This document shows, one piece after another, positions 11,401 through 19,454 of a stretch of 64,000 nt of DNA. Origin of the DNA: an uncultured Desulfarculaceae bacterium (GTDB lineage Bacteria > Desulfobacterota > Desulfocorpusculales > Desulfocorpusculum); the NCBI GenBank assembly GCA_964414345.1, contig CAYPWF010000004.1, forward strand, positions 23,865 to 87,864, given 5' to 3'. Position 1 is the stretch's first letter; each line of letters opens with the position of its first letter. A program made the position numbers and the translations under genes. Below the pieces are notes generated by a model that did not search any database, was not told the DNA's origin, and saw nothing but the letters and a program-made list of their open reading frames with translations.

Positions 11401-11549
11401 AACCTGTTGTGATTGGAAAACCCAAGGAAATTCTGAACAAAGATAGGCTCGGGAGAGAAAAACTTGAACAGAGGCATGGGGATCTGATAAAAGAAGGGGA
11501 AACCGCCACAGAGGCTTGGGCCAGGGCCCCCAAGTCAGCAAGGAATTGA
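8421..11549 (+). CDS. Large transglycosylase-domain protein related to penicillin-binding protein 1C (GT51-like N-terminal domain, KTG motif near the C-terminus), with an N-terminal membrane anchor
   Basis: 1042 aa. N-terminal hydrophobic anchor LLIRLLFIGSFAALGYWAY. GT51-like block FIENRELLDEKYP...GGSTIATQLEK. C-terminal GGKTGTGD resembles the KTG(T) box of transpeptidase/beta-lactamase folds. The long middle region is unassigned. Confidence 0.5.
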   Translation: MRLRALLGYLLIRLLFIGSFAALGYWAYIHVSRELATSQLQARTFSRLAKEMRYWVEEGPSQAIRFPPPGPYDLRLGYARLPQWLESLKERGYQIKAQARLSGRFLEAVDRGLFPIYREKTQAGLRILDQDGTPIWWAQYPQRVYASFQEIPPIVVRSLLFIENRELLDEKYPTRNPAVEWDRLAKAVLDMAGGVLKTSGRTPGGSTIATQLEKYRHSPEGRTHNPVEKLRQMASASFRAYLEGENTLEARRDLVVSYLNSIPLAAIQGYGEVNGLGDGLWAWCEADFKATNELLRQAESLLGGAGSKEAALAFRRVLSLLLAHRRPSYYLTVDQASLNNLVDSYLRLMVEAGVIPRELGRVAMELRPSWRQRVPSGEPVSFLQRKAANSVRMVLLNDLGMHSLYDLDRLDLKVMSTFQRPLQEQVSQILAQLADPSAAQAAGLRGPRLLGKGDPSRVFYSLTLYERTPKANLLRVQTDNFDGPFNINEGVKLDLGSTAKLRTLVHYLEVVAWLHERYSRMPGYKLLKELDEMSDPLSRWALEYLIGASNRGLDGMLEAALERTYSASPEETFFTGGGLHNFENFDPEDNHQVLSVREAFRRSVNLVFVRLMRDLVHYHVYRATGLTISKAGRLQDPQWKEYLARFADREGREYLSRFYRKYRGKSKEEALELLLHGVQASPRRLAAVFRFVRPEADRSALAGFLRERLPHTQISDGAIQELYHTYDPKRYDLADKGFLTHVHPLELWLVAYLQQNPQASRAEVMTQATLARQEAYKWLLRPGRKKAQERRVAMMMEVEAFERIHSAWKRTGYPFESLVPSYATAIGSSADQPAALAELVGILLNEGVRLPTQRLEWLHFAEGTPYETFLVRGEGKPERVLPKEVARAALRALVDVVENGTARRLKGAFKRQDGSFLTTGGKTGTGDHRYELYGAGGKLLARKVMNRTATFVFFLGERYYGAVTAFVPGPQAANYDFTSGLAVQLLKALSLVLEPVVIGKPKEILNKDRLGREKLEQRHGDLIKEGETATEAWARAPKSARN

Positions 11550-11558
11550 GGAAAAGCC

Positions 11559-12959
11559 ATGGATGCAGTCTTGCTCTCCCGCTGGCAGTTCGCCATAACC
11601 ACATTGTTTCATATCACTTTTCCCACCTTGACCATGGGCTTGGCCGTGTACCTGATTCTGGTTGAGCTGCTCTGGCTCCTGCGCAAAGAGGAGATCTACT
11701 TCCGCATGTATAGATTCTGGGTAAAGATATTTGCTATCCACTTTGCTGTGGGAGTGGTCTCAGGGATAGTCCTGGAGTTTGAGTTCGGAACCAATTTTTC
11801 CAGATTCTCTCAGGCCGTTGCCAATGTTTTCGCACCCCTTATGGCTTATGAAGGCATGACTGCCTTTTTCTTGGAGGCCGGCTTCCTAGGGATCATGCTC
11901 TTTGGATGGAACCGGGTGCCCAGGGGGGTGCACTTTGCCGCCACTTGTTTGGTAGGCCTGGGGGCCACGTTCTCTGCTTTCTGGATCATGGCTGCCAATT
12001 CCTGGATGCAAACCCCTGCAGGGCATGTGCTTGAAGGAGGGCTGATCCGGGTGGTGGATTTCCAGCAGGCCATCTTCAACCCCTCTTTCCCCTCCAGGTT
12101 GGTCCATATGCTGGGGGCATCCTACCAGACCTCGGCTTTTGCCGTGGCGGGAATAAGTGCATTTTTTCTCTTGAAGGATGAGCATGTGCCGTTTTTCCGG
12201 CGTTCCTTGGCCCTGGCCTTGGGCATGGCCTTGGTGCTGTCTCCGCTTCAGGTATTCCTGGGGGATCACAATGGATTGGTGGTGGCCCGTCATCAGCCGG
12301 CCAAGCTGGCCGCCCTTGAGGCCCACTGGGAGACCAACACCTCTGGGGGAGCTGGTTTCGTGGTATTCGGGATCCCTGACCAGAAAGAGGAGAAGAATGA
12401 CTGGGAGGTCCTTGTGCCCAATATGCTGAGCCTGATAATAACCAGGAGTTGGGAGGGCAAGGTGACAGGCCTCAAGGAATTGCCCCCAGAGGATCGTCCC
12501 CCAGTTACTCCGGTTTTTTTCAGCTTCAGACTCATGGTGGGAATCGGCTTCTTGCTTTTAGCAGTGGCCCTGGCAGCAGGAGTGCTCTGGTGGAGAGGAA
12601 GGCTGGACAGAAGCAAGCCCATGCTTAAGATCCTTGTGGCAGTGCAGCCCCTGGGATTCTTGGCTACCTATTTAGGCTGGATAACCTCGGAGGTGGGCCG
12701 CCAGCCCTGGATATTGTACGGGATCATGCGCACCTCGGAGGGGGTCTCCCCTGTGAGCGGCGGGACAGTTCTTTGGTCTTTGTGCGTTCTGGTTGGCATA
12801 TGCGGGGTGATAGGGGTCAGCTATTTCTGGTATGTTTTGCGCACCTTGAGGGCGGGTCCAGACTTGCGAAGCCCAATCCCTCCGCTTCAGAGGCCTGCCG
12901 GCATGCAGCCCCTGGTGGCATCCAAAGGTTTTGAGGGAGAGGATCATGCTACCAATTAA
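11559..12959 (+). CDS. cydA: Cytochrome bd-type quinol oxidase subunit I
   Basis: 466 aa. N-terminus MDAVLLSRWQFAITTLFHITFPTLTMGLAVYL is the conserved CydA start. Q-loop and multiple TM helices. Followed by cydB. Confidence 0.9.
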   Translation: MDAVLLSRWQFAITTLFHITFPTLTMGLAVYLILVELLWLLRKEEIYFRMYRFWVKIFAIHFAVGVVSGIVLEFEFGTNFSRFSQAVANVFAPLMAYEGMTAFFLEAGFLGIMLFGWNRVPRGVHFAATCLVGLGATFSAFWIMAANSWMQTPAGHVLEGGLIRVVDFQQAIFNPSFPSRLVHMLGASYQTSAFAVAGISAFFLLKDEHVPFFRRSLALALGMALVLSPLQVFLGDHNGLVVARHQPAKLAALEAHWETNTSGGAGFVVFGIPDQKEEKNDWEVLVPNMLSLIITRSWEGKVTGLKELPPEDRPPVTPVFFSFRLMVGIGFLLLAVALAAGVLWWRGRLDRSKPMLKILVAVQPLGFLATYLGWITSEVGRQPWILYGIMRTSEGVSPVSGGTVLWSLCVLVGICGVIGVSYFWYVLRTLRAGPDLRSPIPPLQRPAGMQPLVASKGFEGEDHATN

Positions 12960-12967
12960 GCTTCTTC

Positions 12968-13165
12968 TAGCCCGCATTATTCACGACCGGTGGATAATGC
13001 GAGCTATCTTAATGAGATGCTTGGACAAACCGGTCAATGCTCAAGAACACCCTGAGTTTTGGTTCCAGCTTTTGCCCGGGATTCAGCCGGAATATGCAGA
13101 AGTGTGCCGGGAGCTTGGGGGCTTAGCCCCCAAGGTCAGAGGCTTTGGAGAATAATCCGGGCTAG
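12968..13165 (+). repeat. Intergenic structured repeat element, copy A (full-length), between cydA and cydB
   Basis: Begins with inverted repeat TAGCCCGCATTAT / TGGATAATGCGAGCTATCTTA. Internal CAAGAACACCCTGAGTTTTGG. Hairpin GGGGGCTTAGCCCCC. Ends GGAGAATAATCCGGGCTAG. Collinear with copies at 60165, 60919 and elsewhere. Confidence 0.8.
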
Positions 13166-13178
13166 AGGAGAGGGCTTC

Positions 13179-14174
13179 ATGGATTTGGTAGCACTCTGGG
13201 CAGGACTGGTGGCCCTGGTAATGATTCTTTATGTGATCTTGGATGGAATAAGCCTGGGAGTCGGTCTTCTTTTTCCCACGGCCCTGGAGGGCTCCGAGAG
13301 GGACACTCTTATGGGGAGCATCGCACCCGTATGGGATGCCAATCAGACCTGGCTGGTCTTTGGGGGAGGGGCTATTTTTGCCAGTTTCCCTGTCGTGTAC
13401 GGTGTTCTCTCCAGCGCTCTTTACATTCCTCTTGTGGCTTTCCTGGCAGGCCTGATTTTCAGGGGGGTGGCCTTCGAGTTCAGGGCCAGCGCAAAACGCA
13501 AAGCCTCATGGGACAAAGGTTTTTTTCTGGGGAGTCTGCTGGCGGTCTTCTCCCAGGGTTTGACCCTCGGAGGGATCCTAAGTGGAGTATCAGTGAAAGA
13601 CCTCCACTTTGCAGGTGGAGCTCTTGACTGGTTGAACCCCTTCTCTCTGATGGTTGGGGTGGCCCTTATGCCTGGATATGCGTTGCTGGCCTCCTGTTAC
13701 CTTATCATAAAGACCTCCGGCCCTGTTCAAGAAAGAGCTTATAGGCAGGCCAAGAAGGCCGCCTGGGGGGTCATCTTTTTCATGGCCGTGGTGACCGTTT
13801 GGACACCCATCCACTATCCTGTTGTCATGAGCAACTGGTTCAGTGCACCTAGGATCTACTTTGTTTGGATCTTCCCCGTATTGGGCCTGGCCTGTTTTTG
13901 GGCCCTTCTCGGAAGCCTCAAGGCCCGCAAAGAGGTGGCACCCCTGATCTGGGCCGTTGGGATCTTTCTTTCAGGATACCTGGGGCTGGCAACCTCTTTT
14001 TATCCCTATGCCATACCGCCCACTGTGACCTTCCGGGAGGCAGCCTCTCAAAGAGAGACCCTCTCCTTCCTACTCTGGGGGGCTCTCATCGTCTTGCCCG
14101 TGGTGGTAGGCTATCTGATTTACAGCTATGCGGTGTTCAAAGGGAAGGTTGGCGAGGAGCTATACGGGCACTGA
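13179..14174 (+). CDS. cydB: Cytochrome bd-type quinol oxidase subunit II
   Basis: The ORF is open from 13059, but the conserved CydB N-terminus MDLVALWAGLVALVMILYVILDGISLGVGLL begins at the ATG at 13179. The upstream part of the ORF overlaps a repeat element. Polytopic membrane protein. Confidence 0.85.
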   Translation: MDLVALWAGLVALVMILYVILDGISLGVGLLFPTALEGSERDTLMGSIAPVWDANQTWLVFGGGAIFASFPVVYGVLSSALYIPLVAFLAGLIFRGVAFEFRASAKRKASWDKGFFLGSLLAVFSQGLTLGGILSGVSVKDLHFAGGALDWLNPFSLMVGVALMPGYALLASCYLIIKTSGPVQERAYRQAKKAAWGVIFFMAVVTVWTPIHYPVVMSNWFSAPRIYFVWIFPVLGLACFWALLGSLKARKEVAPLIWAVGIFLSGYLGLATSFYPYAIPPTVTFREAASQRETLSFLLWGALIVLPVVVGYLIYSYAVFKGKVGEELYGH

Positions 14175-14235
14175 GGCAAAGCCCCTATGAGCCACGGGAA
14201 GCTTTATCGAGACTAAAGCAAGGAGATCAAAGAGC

Positions 14236-15432
14236 ATGAGGATCCTGGTCACAGGGCTTGCAGCCACATACCCTTTTGGGGGGGTTTTCTGGGATTACAT
14301 GCAGTACGTGCTAGGCTTTTTGAAAATGGGGCATGAGGTTCTGTACATAGAGGACACGGGCAAATGGTGCTATGACCCTGTGGCAGGCACATTTGTGGAG
14401 GATGGAAAGAGAAACGCCGCATATCTGGCCAAACACTTAGAGTTGCTCGATCCGGCTTTAAAGGAGAGATGGTTTTACCGGGACGCCACTGGCCGCACCT
14501 ACGGCCGCAGGTGGGAAGAGGTGAAAAGCTTCTGCAAGGAGGCTGACCTGTTCCTGCACATTTCGGCTTCCTGCTGGATGAGGGAGGAGTATTTCGGGGT
14601 CAAGAGGGTGGCTTTTATAGACAGCGACCCAATGTACACCCAAGCCTCGGTTCCGGGGTACGTAAACAACACCCTGGAACTGGAGGAACGCTCCAGGGTT
14701 GAGATGTTGAGACAGCATCATGTTTTCTTCACTTTTGCCGAGAACATAGGAGCTGAAGACTGCCGGATTCCTACCCAGATCTTTTCATGGATCCCCACAA
14801 GACAGCCCATAGTCATGGAGAGCTTCCAGAAACACAGAGTATCGGTCTCCCAAAGAAGGAGAGTCCTTACCACTGTGGCCTCCTGGGAGCCGGCCGAGGG
14901 GGGGCCTGTGGTCAACGGGGTCCAGTACAAAGGGAAGAGCGCCGAGTTCGAAAGGTTCCTGGATCTACCCTCCAGGAGTGTGCTTCCCCTGGAGTTGGCC
15001 ATGAGTGGAAGAGCTCCCAAAGAAAGGCTGCAGGCCCACGGCTGGAAAATGGTGGAGGCTTACCCGGTCTCCTCGGACCCATGGGTGTACAGGGATTACC
15101 TGGCTTCTTCCCTGGGGGAGTGGAGTGTGGCCAAAAACGCCTACGTGGCCAGTTCGAGCGGATGGTTTTCATGCAGAAGTGCCTGTTACATGGCCCTGGG
15201 TGTGCCCGTGGTGGTGCAAGAGACAGGCTTCAGTAAAATCTTGCCCAGTGGGGAAGGAATACTGCCTTTCTCCACGATAGATGAGGCAGCCCAAGCCATA
15301 GAGTCCCTGGCTAGTAATCCCCATGGGCATGCCGCTGCGGCCCTGGAGTTGGCTGAGCAGTGGTTCGACCACAAAAAGGTACTAGGTGACCTGCTGGAAA
15401 AGGTTTTTTCTGCATCCCATTTTTCGAGGTGA
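14236..15432 (+). CDS. GT-B fold glycosyltransferase family 4-like protein (the first Glu of the EX7E motif appears to be replaced)
   Basis: 398 aa. N-terminus MRILVTGLAATYPFGGVFWDYMQYVLGFLKMGHEVLYI resembles the GT4 N-terminal domain (M.I..T..YP..GG...L...GHEV). C-terminal CYMALGVPVVVQETGF matches the GT4 EAMAxGxPVV block, but with C in place of the first Glu. RBS AAGGAGA upstream. Confidence 0.45.
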   Translation: MRILVTGLAATYPFGGVFWDYMQYVLGFLKMGHEVLYIEDTGKWCYDPVAGTFVEDGKRNAAYLAKHLELLDPALKERWFYRDATGRTYGRRWEEVKSFCKEADLFLHISASCWMREEYFGVKRVAFIDSDPMYTQASVPGYVNNTLELEERSRVEMLRQHHVFFTFAENIGAEDCRIPTQIFSWIPTRQPIVMESFQKHRVSVSQRRRVLTTVASWEPAEGGPVVNGVQYKGKSAEFERFLDLPSRSVLPLELAMSGRAPKERLQAHGWKMVEAYPVSSDPWVYRDYLASSLGEWSVAKNAYVASSSGWFSCRSACYMALGVPVVVQETGFSKILPSGEGILPFSTIDEAAQAIESLASNPHGHAAAALELAEQWFDHKKVLGDLLEKVFSASHFSR

Positions 15433-15438
15433 GTTCTC

Positions 15439-16662
15439 TTGGACAAAGGGCTCATGAGCCCATGTGCTGAGGTAGGCATCAGAGAAAAGCTTCCCCGCCC
15501 GGGGAAAAAAAGGGGCTTTAGCTCTCTTTTTGTGCACTCCAGAGAGCTTGTTTCTTTTGAGCTTGCTCCGGATCATCCTTTCAAGCCGGATAGGGTTTAC
15601 AAAACCCTGGAGCTTTGCCGCCGCTACGGCATTTGGGATAAGCCTTGGATGAAGGTGACAGCTCCTGTGGAAGTATTGGATGAGGAGCTCATGCGCTTTC
15701 ACGAGCCATCCTACCTCCGGGTGCTGAAGGAGGCTAGTCAGGGGAAGATTTCCCTGGAGACCCTGGAAAGAGGACTCGGGACAAAGGACTGCCCAATAGT
15801 TCCAGGCCTGTACGAGTGGACTCTGAGCCTTGTGGGAGGAACCCTTGCGGCCATGAGGGCCATTTTGGAAGGAAAGGTGGATGTGGCTGTGAACCTGTAC
15901 GGAGGGCTGCATCATGCAATGCCAGGTCACGCCGAGGGTTTCTGTTATTTGAATGACATCGCAGTGTCCATCTCGGAAGCAGTGGAGAGAGGGTGCAAGG
16001 TGGCATACCTGGATTGTGACGCGCATCACGGAAACGGGGTACAAGAGGCTTTTTACAGGGATCCCAGGGTGCTCGTGATATCCATTCACGAGACGGGTCG
16101 AACTCTGTACCCTTGGGGGGGGTGGGAGACCCAATTGGGTGAGAGGGAAGGTTATGGATACAATGTGAACATTCCCCTTGAGCCCGGAAGCGACGACGAG
16201 GTGTATCAACTAGCCTTCGACTCTTTGATACCCCCTTTGCTCAAGGCCTTTGACCCGGATTTGCTGGTGGCCCAGCTTGGGGCTGATTCCCTCATCTCAG
16301 ATCCTCTCACACACCTCAGACTCACCAATAATGGTTACTCCCATGCAGTGAGATGCATAGCCGGGCAGGCTCGCCCCATACTGGCCCTGGGAGGAGGAGG
16401 CTATGACATGTACAGAACAGCCCGCTGCTGGACCCTGGCCTGGGCCATCCTGAACGACCTGGAGCCAAAGGACGAATTGGCAGGTCTGGTTGGGGGCATG
16501 ATGTTCGGGCCCGAGATGGAGGTGGGAAGCCTGCTGGATGCCCCTCATCCCAGCAAGGGAGAAGTAAAAGAAAAAGCCATGGAAGAGGCCGGGCGAGTAA
16601 TAGGATTCATACAGGAGAGGGTCTTCCCAATTCACGGTATTGCAACCGGCATTGCCCGATAG
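15439..16662 (+). CDS. Histone deacetylase/acetoin utilization (AcuC)/acetylpolyamine amidohydrolase family protein (arginase-fold Zn deacetylase)
   Basis: HDAC signature blocks GGLHHAMPGHAEGFCYLNDIAV and LDCDAHHGNGVQEAFY...VLVISIHE. Starts 7 bp after the previous gene. The exact start is uncertain (possibly a later start). Confidence 0.8.
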   Translation: MDKGLMSPCAEVGIREKLPRPGKKRGFSSLFVHSRELVSFELAPDHPFKPDRVYKTLELCRRYGIWDKPWMKVTAPVEVLDEELMRFHEPSYLRVLKEASQGKISLETLERGLGTKDCPIVPGLYEWTLSLVGGTLAAMRAILEGKVDVAVNLYGGLHHAMPGHAEGFCYLNDIAVSISEAVERGCKVAYLDCDAHHGNGVQEAFYRDPRVLVISIHETGRTLYPWGGWETQLGEREGYGYNVNIPLEPGSDDEVYQLAFDSLIPPLLKAFDPDLLVAQLGADSLISDPLTHLRLTNNGYSHAVRCIAGQARPILALGGGGYDMYRTARCWTLAWAILNDLEPKDELAGLVGGMMFGPEMEVGSLLDAPHPSKGEVKEKAMEEAGRVIGFIQERVFPIHGIATGIAR

Positions 16663-16757
16663 GGAATCGGAAATAGACGAGAGGCAAGACAGGGGATTTG
16701 GAATAGGAGAGCAAAACATTTTCTTCACAGAGGGATTTCATTGAATAGGAGGGGTCC

Positions 16758-17903
16758 ATGAGCGATTGGCTCTTTGAAGAGGAGCACAGGATTTTCAGGC
16801 ACCAGGCTGAAAAGTGGGTTTTGGCAGAGCTCAGACCCCATGCTGATGAGTGGGAGCAAATGGGGGAGTTTCCCCTGGAGGTCTTTCGCAGGGCTGGAGA
16901 GCTGGGCTTTTTGGCGGGCGGGTTCCCAGAACAATATGGAGGGGCCGGGGGGGATTTCCGCTATCATGCGGTGCTGGCAGAGGCCTTGGCCAAGAGCGGT
17001 TCCGGCGGAGTGGGGGCTGGCATAGGGCTTCACGCTTTTGTGGCCCTTCCGGCAATCTCTCGCTTCGGCACGCAAGAACAGAAGGAGCGCTTCTTGGCTC
17101 CAGGGATTCGGGGTGAAAGAATAGGGGCTTATGCTGTCACGGAACCCGATGCAGGCTCGGATGTGCTGGGCATAAAGACAAAAGCCTTGAGGCAAGGGGA
17201 TCACTGGATCATAAACGGCTCCAAGACATTTATAACCAACGGCGCAAGAGCCGATTTCTATGTGGTGGCCTGCAAGACGGCTCCTGAACTCGGCCACAAG
17301 GGCATCTCCCAAATCCTGGTGGAAAAAGACAGGGCTGGATTCAGGGTCAGCCGCAAGCTGGAGAAGCTGGGCTGGCGTACCTCGGATACGGCCGAGTTGG
17401 TCTTGGAAGAGGTAAGGGTGCCCTTGGAAAACCTACTGGGAGAAGAGGGAAAGGGATTCTATCAGATCATGGAGGGGTTCCAGACAGAGAGACTGGTCAT
17501 GGCTGCAAGCTCGGTGGCTGCAGCCCAAGAGTGTTTGGAGATCACCATGGAGTACGCCAGGCAACGCAGGGCTTTTGGTCGTCCCATAGGTAGTTTTCAG
17601 GTGATCAGACACCGTTTTGCCGACATGCTCACCCGCATCGAGGCCGCCAAGCAGCTTGTGTACAACACAATTTGGCTCTATGTGCACGGCAGGGAGTGCC
17701 GCAAGGAGGTGGCCATGTGCAAGATTCTGGCCTGCGAGACAGCAGTGGAAGTGGCCGACCAGTGCATCCAGATCCACGGCGGGTATGGTTACATGATGGA
17801 ATTCCCGGTACAAAGGATCTGGAGGGATTTGCGAATCCAGCCCATCGGTGGAGGCACATCCGAAATACAGAGGGAGATCATAGGAAGACTCTTGGGCTTT
17901 TGA
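16758..17903 (+). CDS. Acyl-CoA dehydrogenase
   Basis: 381 aa. Typical ACAD N-terminal, middle and C-terminal domain motifs (YAVTEPDAGSD, GSKTFITNG, catalytic region QIHGGYGYM..E). Confidence 0.85.
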   Translation: MSDWLFEEEHRIFRHQAEKWVLAELRPHADEWEQMGEFPLEVFRRAGELGFLAGGFPEQYGGAGGDFRYHAVLAEALAKSGSGGVGAGIGLHAFVALPAISRFGTQEQKERFLAPGIRGERIGAYAVTEPDAGSDVLGIKTKALRQGDHWIINGSKTFITNGARADFYVVACKTAPELGHKGISQILVEKDRAGFRVSRKLEKLGWRTSDTAELVLEEVRVPLENLLGEEGKGFYQIMEGFQTERLVMAASSVAAAQECLEITMEYARQRRAFGRPIGSFQVIRHRFADMLTRIEAAKQLVYNTIWLYVHGRECRKEVAMCKILACETAVEVADQCIQIHGGYGYMMEFPVQRIWRDLRIQPIGGGTSEIQREIIGRLLGF

Positions 17904-17915
17904 GAGGGGGGCCAG

Positions 17916-18689
17916 ATGAAGGAAATTCTAGAGGATCTAAGGGCGGAGCAAGAAACCCTAGCTGAGTTGCTGCTTAAGTTGACCGATTCCCAGTGGGATC
18001 TGCCCAGCCCAGCCCAGGGATGGACTCTTCGGGACTGCGTCTCGCACATAGCACACATAGACGAAGTGGCTGTGCAGATCCTGCAAGGGGATTTAAGCCC
18101 CCTGGAGGAAGCCAAACGGGTGCTAATGGGCTTCAATGAAATAGGGGTGAGCAGGGGAAGATCCATGTCCGTGCAACAAATCCTGTATTGGTGGGAGAGG
18201 GCCAGAAGGGAGATGCTGGAGCGGCTCTCTGAATGTGATCCCAAAAGCCGAATCCCCTGGTTTGCCATGCCCATGAGCCCCAAGGCCTTTGCCACGGCTC
18301 GTCTCATGGAGACCTGGGCCCATGGTTTGGATATCTTTGAGACAGTGGGGGAAGCCCCCAGGGATACCGACAGGCTTCGCCACGTGGCTCTTTTGGCTTG
18401 CTTGGCCAGACCCTGGGCTTACCAGATAAACGGGCTCCAACCCCCTTCCACAGCCCTTAGGGTGGAGCTGATTCTGCCCTCTGGAAAGCTCTGGAGCTAC
18501 GGGCCGGAGGATGCACCTGAGGTGATTCGGGGCTCGGCTTCTGAATTCTGTAGAGTCGCTGTCAGAAGGCTGCACTACAAAGACACAAAACTTAAGGCCC
18601 AAGGGCAAGAGGCCAAGAGGTTCTTAGAGATCGCCCAAACTTACGCCGGGCTTCCAGGCAGCGGCAGGAGCCCCAAAGTGGGCAGTTGA
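17916..18689 (+). CDS. DinB/MDMPI-like superfamily (mycothiol maleylpyruvate isomerase N-terminal domain-like, TIGR03083/TIGR03084-type) metal-binding protein
   Basis: 257 aa. N-terminal LRAEQETLAELL...WTLRDCVSHIAHIDEVAV pattern is typical of the DinB_2/MDMPI_N fold. Confidence 0.5.
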   Translation: MKEILEDLRAEQETLAELLLKLTDSQWDLPSPAQGWTLRDCVSHIAHIDEVAVQILQGDLSPLEEAKRVLMGFNEIGVSRGRSMSVQQILYWWERARREMLERLSECDPKSRIPWFAMPMSPKAFATARLMETWAHGLDIFETVGEAPRDTDRLRHVALLACLARPWAYQINGLQPPSTALRVELILPSGKLWSYGPEDAPEVIRGSASEFCRVAVRRLHYKDTKLKAQGQEAKRFLEIAQTYAGLPGSGRSPKVGS

Positions 18690-18714
18690 GGGGGCCCTTT
18701 CCGCATACCAGATT

Positions 18715-19224
18715 TCACCTGGAGGCCGGTCGCACCAGCTTCACCGAGCGAGAGTTGACAAGGTGTTGTCCTGCGGAGGTGAGCAGGTAGAAAAAACCTC
18801 CGCAGGAGTTGAAGAAATCAGAAAGCCTGGATCTGTTCCTGGGAAGATCCAGAAGCACATCCCCTTTTAGGCTCTCCCCCGAGAGAAGACACACATCAAC
18901 AGCCTCTCTCTTGAGATAAGGTGCATCCTCTTCGGCTTCTTTATCTTGGAGGACCACATAGCGAATAAAGTGCCTTTGGAGGAAAACCACCTGGTCCTTC
19001 TGCGTTTCAAAGGGAAGGAAATAAGCCTCCCCCATGAGCAGGTCTGACAGCAATTCAGGGCCGTTTCTAAAGGAAGAGACAGGAGAGACGAAGAAATTTC
19101 CTCTCAATTCCTCCCCGTCTTCCAGAACCACCCTGGCCCCTTTGCGCAGCTTGTCCACCCTGAGTTCCAATTTGAGCTCCTCCCCACGAGCTTTAAGCAG
19201 TGCACCCCCTCGGGCTCCGAACAT
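18715..19224 (-). CDS. Hypothetical protein
   Basis: 169 aa ORF. Convergent with the upstream + array. Contains an RNRSR...NSCGG stretch that only loosely resembles a PilZ signature. No confident family. Confidence 0.4.
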   Translation of the reverse strand: MFGARGGALLKARGEELKLELRVDKLRKGARVVLEDGEELRGNFFVSPVSSFRNGPELLSDLLMGEAYFLPFETQKDQVVFLQRHFIRYVVLQDKEAEEDAPYLKREAVDVCLLSGESLKGDVLLDLPRNRSRLSDFFNSCGGFFYLLTSAGQHLVNSRSVKLVRPASR

Positions 19225-19454
19225 TCACCGATTTCATCAAGAGTTCGGTCTGCATGCCCGGATGCCTCAAGCCCTCTAAAGAAGAACTGCTTCTCAAAAA
19301 ACCGAAAATTCTCAACCTACTTGAATGCCCTTCAGTTTTTGCCAGTATATCAAATCCTTAGCCTAGATCATGCGCTCAATCACGGCTAACGAAGGCTAAC
19401 ACACAAAGCCTTGGATCTCAAGTGCCACAGAAGCAACTTCTTTAGCCTTCTGTC

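Noticed and set aside
13059-13178. N-terminal extensions of the cydB, MBL hydrolase (38691-38828), rimI (36229-36339), thiolase (44198-44368), sat (47763-47837) and qmoA (52089-52127) ORFs as given in the ORF track
   Set aside because: The conserved protein N-termini begin at internal ATGs with good RBSs. The upstream extensions overlap repeat elements or intergenic sequence and are artefacts of stop-free, GC-rich DNA.
18715-19224. Possible PilZ or cNMP-binding assignment for the 169-aa minus-strand protein
   Set aside because: RNRSR followed only 8 aa later by NSCGG does not match the PilZ RxxxR-(20-30)-D/NxSxxG spacing. No phosphate-binding-cassette motif. Left as hypothetical.
19225-19454. 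230-bp non-coding gap on the minus strand with a weak resemblance (TAGATCATGCGCTC) to the repeat-element 5' motif
   Set aside because: The similarity is confined to ~10 nt and lacks the other conserved blocks. Probably coincidental.
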